Shown: one piece after another, positions 48,626 through 62,591 of the stretch | Position numbering within the stretch: position 1 is the stretch's first letter | Layout: every line of letters begins with the position of its first letter | Assembly: GCF_000315625.1 (NCBI RefSeq) | Contig: NW_005434645.1 | Coordinates: forward strand, 481,925-545,924 | Reading direction: 5' to 3' | Origin: Guillardia theta CCMP2712 | Lineage: Eukaryota > Protista > Cryptophyta | Length of the DNA: 64,000 nt | The notes under the pieces: model-generated | Seen by the model: only the letters and a program-made list of their open reading frames with translations | Told to the model about the DNA's origin: nothing | Database searches by the model: none | Translations under genes and position numbers: made by a program

Positions 48626-50958
48626 TAGGGCCGGGACTCGGAGACTCTTGGTAGGATTGTCGACAACAGCAAGGTCCGAGAGGAGGGTTTCCGGTCAGTG
48701 AGTGCGCCTCAGATCATGAGCGAGCCTAGCCGGCCGGCAGAAATTTTCTCGGTAGGCTCGACGCGTTCGATCTCATCGGCAGCAGAGACAGCAAGCTTTA
48801 ACGGCTAGTTGATTGCAGCACTGATGGGGGCAGCAGACGTAACGGCTCAGTCAGTCACGGCCTCGGAGGGGTCTCCATGAGGGGCAGCAGCTGTGAAGAA
48901 GCTACGGCCTAGAGAGAAGCCATAGGGGCAGCACTGCGGCAGACTTAACGGCTTGTTGAGGGTTGATTTCTGAAGCCTTTTAAATCCGGGGTCCGGATTT
49001 TCCAAGCTTGGTTATCAAACAGGTGAGATAATGATGTTCAGGATTACACTCTAACTGACAAATTGATGGTGCTGGTTTGTAACTAGGGCAAGGGCACAAG
49101 CAACTTTAAAGAGCAAGCGCACAATTCTTGTTGGAGTGATTGCAAAAACCTAAGCCTGATATATATTAAGTTTTTTTTGTGCTGTTTCTACTATATCTCT
49201 TAATGTGTCACCATCTCCTGAATGCCATATTTTGAACTACTTCCATTAAGCTATTTATACTATTTATGTGGTAGACTTGAACGCTCACATAACTGCCGTC
49301 TTCTCTCCTGAAATGGATCTTCTAAATATCATCAGGTTCATCATAAGCCATCTTCAGAATATCTACATTGCTATTGTATATCGTTGTATAGTTCCTATTA
49401 GGATTAGTTTCCAGGAGCACATTGGGAATTATAGATGCTAAGTTTTAGAAACATGATTCGAGCCTTTAATTCAAGTCAAATTTCTACGTGATTCAGCGAA
49501 GAACATTGAGTTGTGGCGCAGATGATGAAGCACTTGGGAACGTTTGTTAGGGTTTGAGGCGTGTAGAGATGTCAGATTTGCGCTATTGGTCAGTCAATGT
49601 GATGCTTGAAGAGCATTGGAGACAGTCCTTCAAGACTTCGATCCTGGAAGCACTGCATTATCTCTCTTCCTCCGGGATTTCTGCAAACAAACTCGTCGAG
49701 GTCATGCTGAAGTCGCTCAACGTCCCAGAGGATGAAATCAAGGAGCTTGACAGCGCAGTACTCGTAAACCGGGTAAAATAGATGAAAGGTCCGTCCGGTC
49801 ACAGAAGAACCTTGGCTGCCCTTTAGGGAATGAAATGGGTTAGAAAGCCTCCTGGAATTTCGAGTTATCATCAGCAAGCAAGGGAAGCTGGTCAAACCTG
49901 CAATAGCACATGAAACGAGATAAGAACTCCTGTTGTGTTGTCATTGTTGCTGGACTTAACTGCCCGGGAAATCGCGAGTTTCAGAGCATCCTTGAGATTG
50001 TTGTTGTTCCTTTGCAGGTGTGTCCTGAGGCACGTGACTCACTGATCACTGCCTCTGCGCAGTCTTTGAAACCAAACTGTTTGAAGTTTCACATTTCACA
50101 AACTTGACTCTGCAGCAAACCATAAGGGACTCCAGAAGGGAGGGAAGGAAGAAGTCGGAGGGAGGAGTAGTGGGAGGAGTAGTGGGAGGGAGAGATGGAG
50201 AACAACGTAGAAGAAGGGAAGAGAAGGGAGGGAGAGAGAGAGGTCTTCCTGATACTTCGGGGTTTACATTACTTCTCTCATCGCAAGCTATAGAGGTTTG
50301 AGGACTGACATGCTTCGAGGCCAAGGCCAAGATCAAAGGGCTCTCAGCTGAGCCAGAAATCTTCCAGACCAGTATCACGGATCAGCACGAGCTCCTACTT
50401 CTGGCCTCAGATGGATTTTGGTCGGAGAAGAACGGTCAGGGCTAACATGCATGTTGCTGTTTACCGCCTGCACTTGCTGGCTGGTTATATCTCGATCATC
50501 GCATCTCGGGGAAGTAGAGGAGGTTCCAAAATAGTCTCGCCTTGTGTGCCTGCGCGGCTGTTGCTCCTTGACACCTGAAATGGGATGAGCGAACACAGTG
50601 AACATGCAGGCAAGAGACTACAAGTGCAGATGAGAGGTGGCGCCATGAGGATAAGGAGAATTCAAATCGCAATCAAGACGGATGTTACTCACTGTTATCC
50701 GCTGTCCGTAAAGATAGACATCGTTCACCACCTACCCGGTCAGACCATCATGATCAACAAATCATCCTACTTGCGCAAGAAAGGGATCTCCCCGAACCCC
50801 TTCGATCCCAACAACCAGCAAGACAGGCAGTACAGTGAGTGGCGATGGCATCTGTGACACGATTAGCTCGCGTACTCGAGATCCTTGCCCTCCCACCAAC
50901 CTTGAGCATCCACACGAACCTGGTGATGCCCAAAGGCTGCAAGCTAATCCATCGCCAC

Positions 50959-51822
50959 TCACTGGTAGTAGTATCCGCCGAAGCAGAGGCATTCGGAGAT
51001 CGAGGATGCTTGGAACAAGGATGTGGAGTTGTTTGGGCAAGCATAGAACAGATTGTCCCCAGGGCAGAAGTATCCGTAGGGGCAGGGAATGCATGTGCTG
51101 CCCGATCTGTAGAATCCCTGGTTGCAGACGCAAGACTCTACTACGTTCTGCCCGTAGTAGTTCATCGAGTTGTCGGGACATGCAAAGATCTCCTCTCCAG
51201 AGCAATAGGAGCCCCTGGGGCAAAGAGTGCAGTTCTTGGGTGTGATGGGACTGTTTGCCCAGTAGTAGCCCTCGTAGCAACGGCATTGCGATGTCTCTGT
51301 GTCGGTGAAGGTCCTGATGGCATATGAGTTGGGAGGGCAGGATCCACTGGTGTAGTAGCAGTCCTGGGTCTCGCCGCAGGGGTCGCAGAACTTCGATTCG
51401 CAGTATGTTCCGGTGCCCTGCCAAAACTCGTTGCAGGTGCAGGTGAAGCTACCGAGCGTGTTGTTGCACCGGGCATTGATATCACAGTCGTTCAGGTAGC
51501 TATTGCACTCATTGATGTCCTCACATAGTCCTTGACCATTCTTAACGAAGCCGTCGGAGCAGATGCAGAGGAAGGAGCCAATGGTATCGATGCAGACACT
51601 GTAATCATCACAAGCGGACCTTTCACACTCATTGACGTTGACACACAGGTTGTTGCTATCGAACTCGAAACCTGTGTCGCAGGTACAGAAGAAGCTCCCC
51701 ACTGTGTCGGTGCAGAATGAGTTGTCAGGGCAGAACCTCGCTTGGAAGCACTCGTTGACGTTGGTGCAAGTTGTGAGGTCGACGGATGCATGGCCGGGCC
51801 TGCACTCGCAGTATTTTCTCAA
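50959..51822 (-). pseudogene. Intronless fragment of a calcium-binding EGF / Cys-rich repeat protein
   Basis: NVNEC, DINEC..C.NTLGSFTCTC, CPRGSYC, CPYGYFC; both ends are junctions with CLPTM1-derived pieces. Confidence 0.75.
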
Positions 51823-51870
51823 TGTAATTCAATACGATGAACCTCTCTCTCCCTATCTTGGCTGTGCAAA

Positions 51871-52777
51871 ATTCAAGAACGACATCAACTTCTGGCGAGG
51901 GCTTCAGTCTACCAAAGGAATCTCCGTTCGCTCCATCGGTACTTCTCCCTTCCTTCCACCACGCAGCCGATAACGCTCGCCGTCAGCTGTCTCCTCCATC
52001 ATGGAACTTGTCGTGTTTCTGTACCTCCTTGACAACGACACGTCTTACCTCGTTCTCTTCACGGTTGGCGGCGGGCTGCTCGTCAACGTCTGGAAGGTTC
52101 CCCGTCCTCAACCTCGGCAGCCTCCCGTGCTCTGACTCGCTGCAGCTCATCAAGGCATGGTCTCTCATGCGAGGCCGAGGAAGCGACAAGGAGGCGGAGG
52201 ACTTGCGAGCAGAGCAGGTGAAGCAGCAAGGAGACGGGGCATGCTCGTCCTGACTCCCTGCACAGGCGATCTCACGCCATATCGACTACATCGCATCCGC
52301 CTACCTCCTCAACATCCTCGGCCCGCCCATCGTCGGATACGCTGTCTACAGTCTGGTGTATGAGGACCAGAGGGGCTGGTACAGCTGGGCGCTCCAGAGC
52401 GGGGTGAACGTTGTGTATGCTGTAGGTAGGGGGCTGCTGCCTCCTGTTCTTAGACGCCTGAGATTCAATGCAGGCTTCATGATGATGACGCCGCAGCTCT
52501 TCCTCAACTACAAGTACAAGAGTGTCGAACACCTTCCTTGGAGAGCGCTCATATATCGTGCTCTGAATACTTTCATTGACGACCTGTTCGCATTCGTCAT
52601 CACCATGCCAGGGCTTCACAGGTACGATCCCTCTCTTGCGCTATCTTTCTTCGTTTTCACAGTGATGTCAGGATGTCTGTCTTTCGAGACGACATTGTCT
52701 TCTTCATCTACCTCTATCAGCGTTGGATCTACCGCAAGCGAAGGCCTGCCTCGGAGACCTCCATGCACGAGCTCTAG
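51871..52777 (+). pseudogene. Duplicated 3' half of CLPTM1
   Basis: Direct repeat of 38754-39660 (offset 13117; identity continues to 39892/53009). Confidence 0.9.
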
Positions 52778-53336
52778 ACTCTGGGACGGCCCTAATTCGG
52801 ATCATCATAGCTGTGAAGTTCTTGATGCATTGCGATATGAGTAGCGTTCTTGACGAAAGCCTCCTTCTCTCCTACCGCACTCTGAGCCTTGTCTTGACCG
52901 CACTGTCTGGTCTTTGAGTGCCAAACCTACCTCAAGCTGCCAGATGAACCCATCAGTAGCAAGCTGACGACGAGCCGCGCTTCCCGAGGCCCTCAAGGTA
53001 GCGAAGCCCGACTGAGATGAATACTGACACTGCCATGATGATATCACTGCTCTTTGACAAGCTGCAAATGTGTGTATCATGGCTGTTTTTGGCTCTTTCT
53101 ACTCGACCTCAGATCAGACATCTACTCTCTGACAGTGATATCAGTCACGTCGCATCCTTGAAACCTCTACAGCGCCTCGCCTGTCTCAGTTGTCATCGCT
53201 GACAGGCTTGCTCCATCACTGAGGCGCACTCACTGGCTGGGGTCTCAAACCCACTGCCAGGCAGATGCATCAAGCTTGAAGATTCCTCAAGTCTGTTGTC
53301 GACAATCCTACCAAGAGTCTCCGAGTCCCGGCCCTA

Positions 53337-54882
53337 TTGTTCTACTTTGTAGTAATGGCGAGATCTGCAGCGGATAAATCGAGAAAACAGGAGAAGAGCA
53401 TTCTGAAGCTGAACAGAAAAACGTCCAGCAACTGGTTTGAAAGTCAGGTGTATGCAAACCTGCCTGCTATCATAGTCGAGATGTTGATGTTTCTCAACTT
53501 GAAGAATCCTCAGCACCTCGATCATATCAACAGAGCAGAGTATCGACGCGCGATCAACTCCACGCTAGTGATGGGAAGTTCAGGAAGCCTTGAAGGTATA
53601 CCAGAAGAAAGCTGCACCTTCAAGGGAAAGTTCAAGCTCAAGTTCGACCTTTACTTTCGAGCTCGATCCAACTCCTCCAACTCCTCGAGAGTTTCTTTGA
53701 GAGATGTGCTGAGAAGCTTGGTAGACTCGGAAGATGCCGACGACGGAGTCCCCCAGGTCATAGCGCTACATTCATACGACGACGACAAGGTCGCTGACGC
53801 CAGAGACGAGCTCGAAGGTCTCTTGCTCTCCGAGAACGCTCTCATCCATTTCGAGATCACAGAAGAACCGTCTTGTATGGTACGAAAGCTGTGGCAGCTT
53901 GAGGTAGGTTTGGCACTCAAAGACCAAGTGTGGTCAACACAAGGCTCAGAGTGCGGTGACAGCAAGCTGCTGGCAATGGGCATAATAGTCGGAGGAGAGA
54001 AGGAGGCTTTCGTCAAGAACGCTACTCATATCGCAAGGCGCTGGAAATCTGCTAGGGAGGCTGACATCTTGTTGGCGAAGAGCGGAGTACCAGTCTTCTT
54101 TTGCAGCATGTTCAACGGTTTGAGGATGGACCTCAAGGTACTTGAGCATATCCCTCTGCTCCTCGAATCTCTCTGTGACAGTGACTCCCGCGGCTTGTAG
54201 GAGCTTCGTGAGGACAACGAGGACAAACACATGGTCTGTAGAGGGTGTTGACTCACCGTTGCAGAATCCGACTGAAAGAGGAGTTGCAGGCGCACCAAAA
54301 GGAGATCCAGGCTCTTAAGGAGAACATGGACGGGCTCAAGGAGAACATGGACGGGCTCAAGGAGACTGTGCAGACAGTCGAGCGCAAGATGGACGAAGGG
54401 TTCTCGGTGTGTGTTGGACTCTAGCGAGGCGAGAGGGAACTGACTGACTTGCGATGTAGGAGCACCAAAAGGAGATCCAGGCTCTTAAGGAGAACATGGA
54501 CGGGCTCAAGGAGAACATGGACGGGCTCAAGGAGACTGTGCAGACAGTCGAGCGCAAGATGGACGAAGGGTTCTCGGTGTGTGTTGGACTCTAGCGAGGC
54601 GAGAGGGAACTGACTGACTTGCGATGTAGGAGCACCAAAAGGAGATCCAGGCTCTTAAGGAGAACATGGACGGGCTCAAGGAGAACATGGACGGGCTCAA
54701 GCAGACTGTGGACGGGCTCAAGCAGACTGTGCAGACAGTCGAGCGCAAGATGGACGAAGGGTTCTCGGTGTGTATCAGGGCCCTGAGAGGGGTGTCACTG
54801 TACTGAGAATAATTGCCGTGCACAGATGATCAATCGACTCCTGAGAGATGTTTCAAATCTCACCTCCTCGCGACCAATCTGA
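53337..54882 (+). CDS. Gene A copy 5 (24-nt deletion allele, three coiled-coil exons)
   Basis: ORF 53337-54200 plus repeat exons. Confidence 0.6.
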
Positions 54883-54967
54883 AGCTATTGTAGAACAAAA
54901 TTACTTAGTCAGCCTTTCTCTCAGTCTTCTGTGCATTTCTAGCTTTCTTTTGCATCTAAGAACATTT

Positions 54968-55976
54968 CTAATTTCCCATCACTGATGTCGTCTTCGCTCC
55001 GCTCATGGGGATGTCTGGTCGTTTCAATGCGTGTAGAGGAAGCGCAGGTCCTTGCAGCTCCCCGCTGCCTTGCAGCCTTTTGGCGGCCTGATTCCGCTGG
55101 AGGAAGTCCGCGACCTTGATGCAGAGCTCGTTCATCGTCGAGTCGAGCGTGCAGATGCGGATGGGGATCATGGTGGAGCTGCTCGGGGCGTCGTTGAGGA
55201 TGGCGCTCTTGCAGGAGTCGAAGCGCGTCAGGGGGTCGGTCCAGTTGGCCTTGCTCACCGTCCCGAAGCACTGGCGGTTGTAGGCGCCCGTCGTCAGGTT
55301 GCGGCTCGTCTCCGTGCAGAAGACCCACTTGTCGAACAGAAGGGAGTGTCGTCGAACCCCGCTGTAGACCCCGAACTGGGTGCTGGCCCCCCCTTCCGCG
55401 GCGGTGAAAAAAGGTCCAAGGAAGTCCAACGACGAGGGCAAGTCCGCACCGACTGATGCAGAGCTCAAGGAGAGGGAGCGCATTGCCGCGTTCTTCTACC
55501 ACCCCGTGATCATCGCGGCAGCACGCGTCACCAATCCTGGTGACGTTGCACCCGATGGTACCATTACTGGCAACGCGGCCAAGCGCCTCACAGCCGTTAC
55601 GAAAATGGACACAAAAGCTCTGCAGGGATCGATAGACGGATTCGCCGAAATGCGAAAGAACAAGATCGAGGGCAAGACGCGCACGCCGACAGCGGCCAAG
55701 TCCATTGATGAGAAGATCGAAGCCAAGCAGAGTGAGATCGCCAAGGCTCAACAGAGACTGGCGACCTTGCAAGAACAACTAACGAGCCTTCAGACCGAGC
55801 GCACCAACGGATCGAAGCCGCTTGTTGGGAAGAGGAAGGCCCCGGAGAAACCGGAGACCGTGGAGACTCTCACCGCCAAGATCCAGCGCAACCAGTGTAT
55901 CCTTGAGATCAAGGAGGCGCTGGCAGTCGAGGAAGCCCTGGTCAGAGGGCTATCCAGTCGTCTGTGTCCTCACTGA
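54968..55976. pseudogene. B2/B1 fragment pair, copy 3, opposite orientation
   Basis: ORFs 54968-55483 (-) and 55380-55976 (+). Confidence 0.5.
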
Positions 55977-56430
55977 CCGGACAGTAAGTTGTCACGAAAC
56001 AAACATGTGGCGACGCTGAGCCCCACGTCCCTCATAAGAGGCCCCGTAAGAAGCAATGCCATGGCATATCCCTTCTTCAACCTTCGTGTGCTTCCACTAT
56101 TGTGTGTTTAATTAAACCGCTACGAAATCGGAAACTGAGACTTATAGCCTGAAAATATTCCCCTCCACATCCTGCCTGAGGAAGAGGTTGATCATCACGG
56201 TGTCCAGCCTTGTATCCACCGTGGGCATGAGGAAAGGCTGCAAGGCAGCGGGGAGCTGCAAGGACCTGCGCTTCCTCTACACGCATTGAAACGACCAGAC
56301 ATCCCCATGAGCGGAGCGAAGACGACATCAGTGATGGGAAATTAGAAATGTTCTTAGATGCAAAAGAAAGCTAGAAATGCACAGAAGACTGAGAGAAAGG
56401 CTGACTAAGTAATATTGTTCTACAATAGCT

Positions 56431-57192
56431 TCAGATTGGTCGCGAGGAGGTGAGATTTGAAACATCTCTCAGGAGTCGATTGATCATCTGTGCACGGCAA
56501 TTATTCTCAGTACAGTGACACCCCTCTCAGGGCCCTGATACACACCGAGAACCCTTCGTCCATCTTGCGCTCGACTGTCTGCACAGTCTGCTTGAGCCCG
56601 TCCACAGTCTGCTTGAGCCCGTCCATGTTCTCCTTGAGCCCGTCCATGTTCTCCTTAAGAGCCTGCATGTTCTCCTTAAGAGCCTGGATCTCCTTTTGGT
56701 GCTCCTACATCGCAAGTCAGTCAGTTCCCTCTCGCCTCGCTAGAGTCCAACACACACCGAGAACCCTTCGTCCATCTTGCGCTCGACTGTCTGCACAGTC
56801 TCCTTGAGCCCGTCCATGTTCTCCTTGAGCCCGTCCATGTTCTCCTTAAGAGCCTGGATCTCCTTTTGGTGCGCCTGCAACTCCTCTTTCAGTCGGATTC
56901 TGCAACGGTGAGTCAACACCCTCTACAGACCATGTGTTTGTCCTCGTTGTCCTCACGAAGCTCCTACAAGCCGCGGGAGTCACTGTCACAGAGAGATTCG
57001 AGGAGCAGAGGGATATGCTCAAGTACCTTGAGGTCCATCCTCAAACCGTTGAACATGCTGCAAAAGAAGACTGGTACTCCGCTCTTCGCCAACAAGATGT
57101 CAGCCTCCCTAGCAGATTTCCAGCGCCTTGCGATATGAGTAGCGTTCTTGACGAAAGCCTCCTTCTCTCCTCCGACTATTATGCCCATTGCA
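56431..57192 (-). pseudogene. Gene A copy 6 (3' part only)
   Basis: Similarity stops abruptly at ~57192. Confidence 0.6.
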
Positions 57193-57254
57193 AGCAGCGA
57201 TGGCATCGCTGAGACGGGTGGAGCCTACCGAGCAAATCTGTCATGGTTGCTCCA

Positions 57255-57729
57255 TGATCTGAGGCCCGCCGCACTCACTGGCTGGGGTCTCAAACCCACT
57301 GCCAGGCAGATGCATCAAGCTTGAAGATTCCTCAAGTCTAGAATTAGTCTCAGAACCCTCCTCTCGGACCTTGCTGAGTCACGGTTGTCGACAATCCTAC
57401 CAAGAGTCTCCGAGTCCCGGCCCTATTGTTCTACTTTATAGTAATGGCGAGATCTGCAGCGAATAAATCGAGAAAACAGGAGAAGAGCATTCGGAAGCTG
57501 AACAGAAAAACTTCCAGCGTTGAACTGGCAGTTGAAAGTCAGGTGTATCATATGCAAACCTGCCTGCTATCATAGTCGAGATGTTGATGTTTCTCAACAT
57601 GAAGAATCCTCAGCACCTCGATCATATCAACAGAGCACTGCGGCAGCCGCGCGCATCGACGCGCGATGAACTCCACGCTAGTGATGGAAGTTCAGGAAGC
57701 TTTGAAGGTATACCAGAAGAAAGCTGCAC
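57255..57729 (+). pseudogene. Gene A copy 7: decayed 5' fragment with short insertions
   Basis: Aligns to ~39900-40343 with a stop and frameshifting insertions. Confidence 0.8.
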
Positions 57730-57820
57730 TCGCCCTCTTCCGAGTTCCCCCTGCACCTGCATCGCTGTCGGTGGTGAGCGCATCAGTGAGCGCATCCTAC
57801 AACGCTGCGGGCTTACTGGC

Positions 57821-57847
57821 GGGCTTACTCAAAGTGAAGTAAAGCCC
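57821..57847. other. Dyad-symmetric site copy 4 (GGGCTTACTC-AAAGTG-AAGTAAAGCCC)
   Basis: Same arms and near-identical core as 5332-5351 and 5447-5466. Confidence 0.5.
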
Positions 57848-58264
57848 GGGCCCGGGCCCCGGGCTGGGCCCCGGGCCAGCAGTATGGCCCGGCCGCATTC
57901 TGGCAGGGTCGCCGGGCGCAGACTTTTACACGAATTCGATTAAACAGTTTTAGTCAATATATCTATCAGTACTGATGCCCCTTCATGCAGGGTGTTAATT
58001 CGAACAAATCTATTTTAGATCAATTTATATCAAGTTTTAGGTATTTTTGTCATCTTTTCTACAGTGTCCAGTGACTCTTGGGGTCCAGAAGGTTTTTCGT
58101 TCCCCCTGCCCCACTTGGTTTTACCTTGCTCCACCTCAAGCCGGTTCCCTCCTGTCACTTCCGAACCAACTTAACATACAGTCGCAAGGCTTGATCTTAC
58201 CTGCTGCTCCTCTCCTTCTCCTCCCTCTCCCTTTATTCATTCCTCTTTGGTTCTTAAGATAGAC

Positions 58265-58981
58265 ATGTCTGCAAGCTCACAGTCAACACACTCAGAAAAT
58301 GGAAACTCTAAAAAAGAGTCACCAGTGCCCCAATTGGAGAAACCCAAACACAGAAAAATGGCAAAAGGTCTTCGGAGTAATTTCTTGGACTATCTTGAAA
58401 AGCAAATCTCAGAGAAAGAACGATTACTTGAGCTTAACCTGAAGAAACAAAGGGCTGCAGAGAACGACACTGATCTCCAGGTGACTTGAACGTAATTGAC
58501 CCCTTGTCTTGACTTGTGCTCGTAGGATAGCATTCAACGTCAAAACCAAAAGTTTCGAGACGATCTTGACATGTTGCAGAAACTCCTATCAGAGCAACGA
58601 GAAGCTTTGATCCATGAAACGGTTGAGGCCATGGAAGCTAGGAAGGCAGCAGAACAAAGCATGAAGGCTGAAGCAGAACCGCATGTCTCTGACTCTCAAT
58701 CGATTCCTGTTCATCATCGTAACAGAATGTATCGGCAACTTCCTGCCTGCCACGTCAACTCTCCGACATTGACTGTTGCTCGATCTCGAGCCGACCCAGC
58801 TCCAACGGTGGTTTCTAGAGTGGCAAGCGCGTATTGTTCAAGATTCACAGCTGGCGTTGCCAACCCGATTTTGAGGCCTCTGGACAGTTGGCTAGGAAGA
58901 CTCTCTAGCTTCTTCTATGGGAGACCTAGTGCACGGACTGAAGGTGAGAGGGCGCTGTCTTTGTTTTACATTGCCTCGTGA
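58265..58981 (+). CDS. Hypothetical coiled-coil protein
   Basis: Exons 58265-58480 and 58526 onward joined by a GT-AG intron; 3' end uncertain. Confidence 0.5.
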
Positions 58982-60111
58982 CACGGCTCCGTGGCTGCAG
59001 CACGATACCCAGAGCGACGAGGAAACGGATATCCTTTCTTCTGCTGTGGCAATCCGGCAGACAGAGACTCTGGTACCTCCTCCTCAACTTTGAGCATTGT
59101 TTCTGAATAGGCTCTGCATAGAGTCGATTCCGGAGAGAGTCACCGTGGACAACCGCGATTATTACGTCCACAGGTTATCACTTGAACTAGGGTCCTGGCC
59201 TTGGCTCATTTGAATTTGCAGAGCCTTGAACATTCCCAAGAGAGACGATGAAGCTCATGATTATGTGCTAGTTTAACAGCGAGTAGCGTTGATCGGATCG
59301 GATCGCGGTGATCGGACACCAGGTCCTAGCTCGACTGAGCCTAGTAGTCGCCAATAGTACTTGCCACTCGAAAGTCGATCTTCCGAGGAAGAACAGGTTG
59401 AATAAAGTTACATGGCGGTCACCCAGAGGGTCTCAGACTTTCATCACAGACAAGGGCAGTCACGCTGCCCGGGAGATCATCCCGATTCTGTCCGGCAGTA
59501 AAGTGCAACCACTGAGGAGTGCACTGAGAACCGTCGCAGGAACCGTCGGTGCGATGATGGTCCGAGGAGGGATGTGGTCATACGTATGAAGCTGACGTGG
59601 TTGCGACCCTCGTCCTTGACCCCTACCCACCATATTTACCATGAAAGTACCCCTTATCTCTGGTTTCCTCCTACTGAACAGAGAAAGGTGTCTAAAATTA
59701 GAAACTTTGTGGAGAAAACCAGCCAAACGTCATAGCTCCGTGTTTTAAATACATTTTAGACGTCAGCGTCGACAGCAGTTCCAATCGTAGTTGGCTCACA
59801 TTTAGAGCCCCTTGAAGATCTTCGTCTATATTATCTCCCGAACAATAACAGTAAAGGCCCTTGATGACAAGCCAACAAAGTTCCAAAGGGAGACCATCCC
59901 CCACTGCCCGTCGTTCCTGGTTTGCCCCCCCCCCCCCCCCCCTTCCCCTTATCGTTTCAAACTTCACGACAGCGTCTCCTCCCTCCCTTCTGCTCCTTGC
60001 ATCCCTCCTGCCTTCCTGCCATACTCTCCTCACTTCCTTCCTCACATACCTCTTGCTACACTTGCTAGTCGGACCTGCTGGTCCTTGTGAACAATCAAAA
60101 TTCTCTCGAAA

Positions 60112-60336
60112 ATGTTTGGCATCGTCCGTCAGTATGTGGACGCAAAGAACAAGAGCTGGATTCTTCCTTCCAGCAAGGCTGGCGAGGCAATGAGCACACT
60201 CTCCGCCATCTCTCTTGGATCATCATGGGAGACCAAGGAAGTCGAGAACCTTGTTGCTTTCGTGGACGAGTCCAGCCCGACTCGTCAAGTCATGAACCGC
60301 CGGCCACTTACCAAGAGGCCCCACAAAGTTCTCTAG
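60112..60336 (+). CDS. Small hypothetical protein (74 aa)
   Basis: ATG-started ORF with coding-like codon use after a pyrimidine-rich upstream region. Confidence 0.4.
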   Translation: MFGIVRQYVDAKNKSWILPSSKAGEAMSTLSAISLGSSWETKEVENLVAFVDESSPTRQVMNRRPLTKRPHKVL

Positions 60337-60497
60337 TGCATCATGATCACTGTTGATTGATACGTTACCTTCCCTGCGTTGTAAATGACTGATCCCGTAG
60401 ACTATGACACTCAATCTGGTTGTATATAAAACTCGTTCGTGATATCACAGCTCCCCGACAAACACTCTTCATTGGACAAAATCTGATTAGCAAAAAC

Positions 60498-62591
<2,094 letters not shown>

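Noticed and set aside
49500-49781. Short coding-like fragment after an AT-rich tract
   Set aside because: Too short and unassignable.
39893-57800. Classical DNA transposon, Helitron or LTR element as the identity of the repeat block
   Set aside because: No transposase, Rep/helicase or RT motifs; no fixed termini or target-site duplications found.
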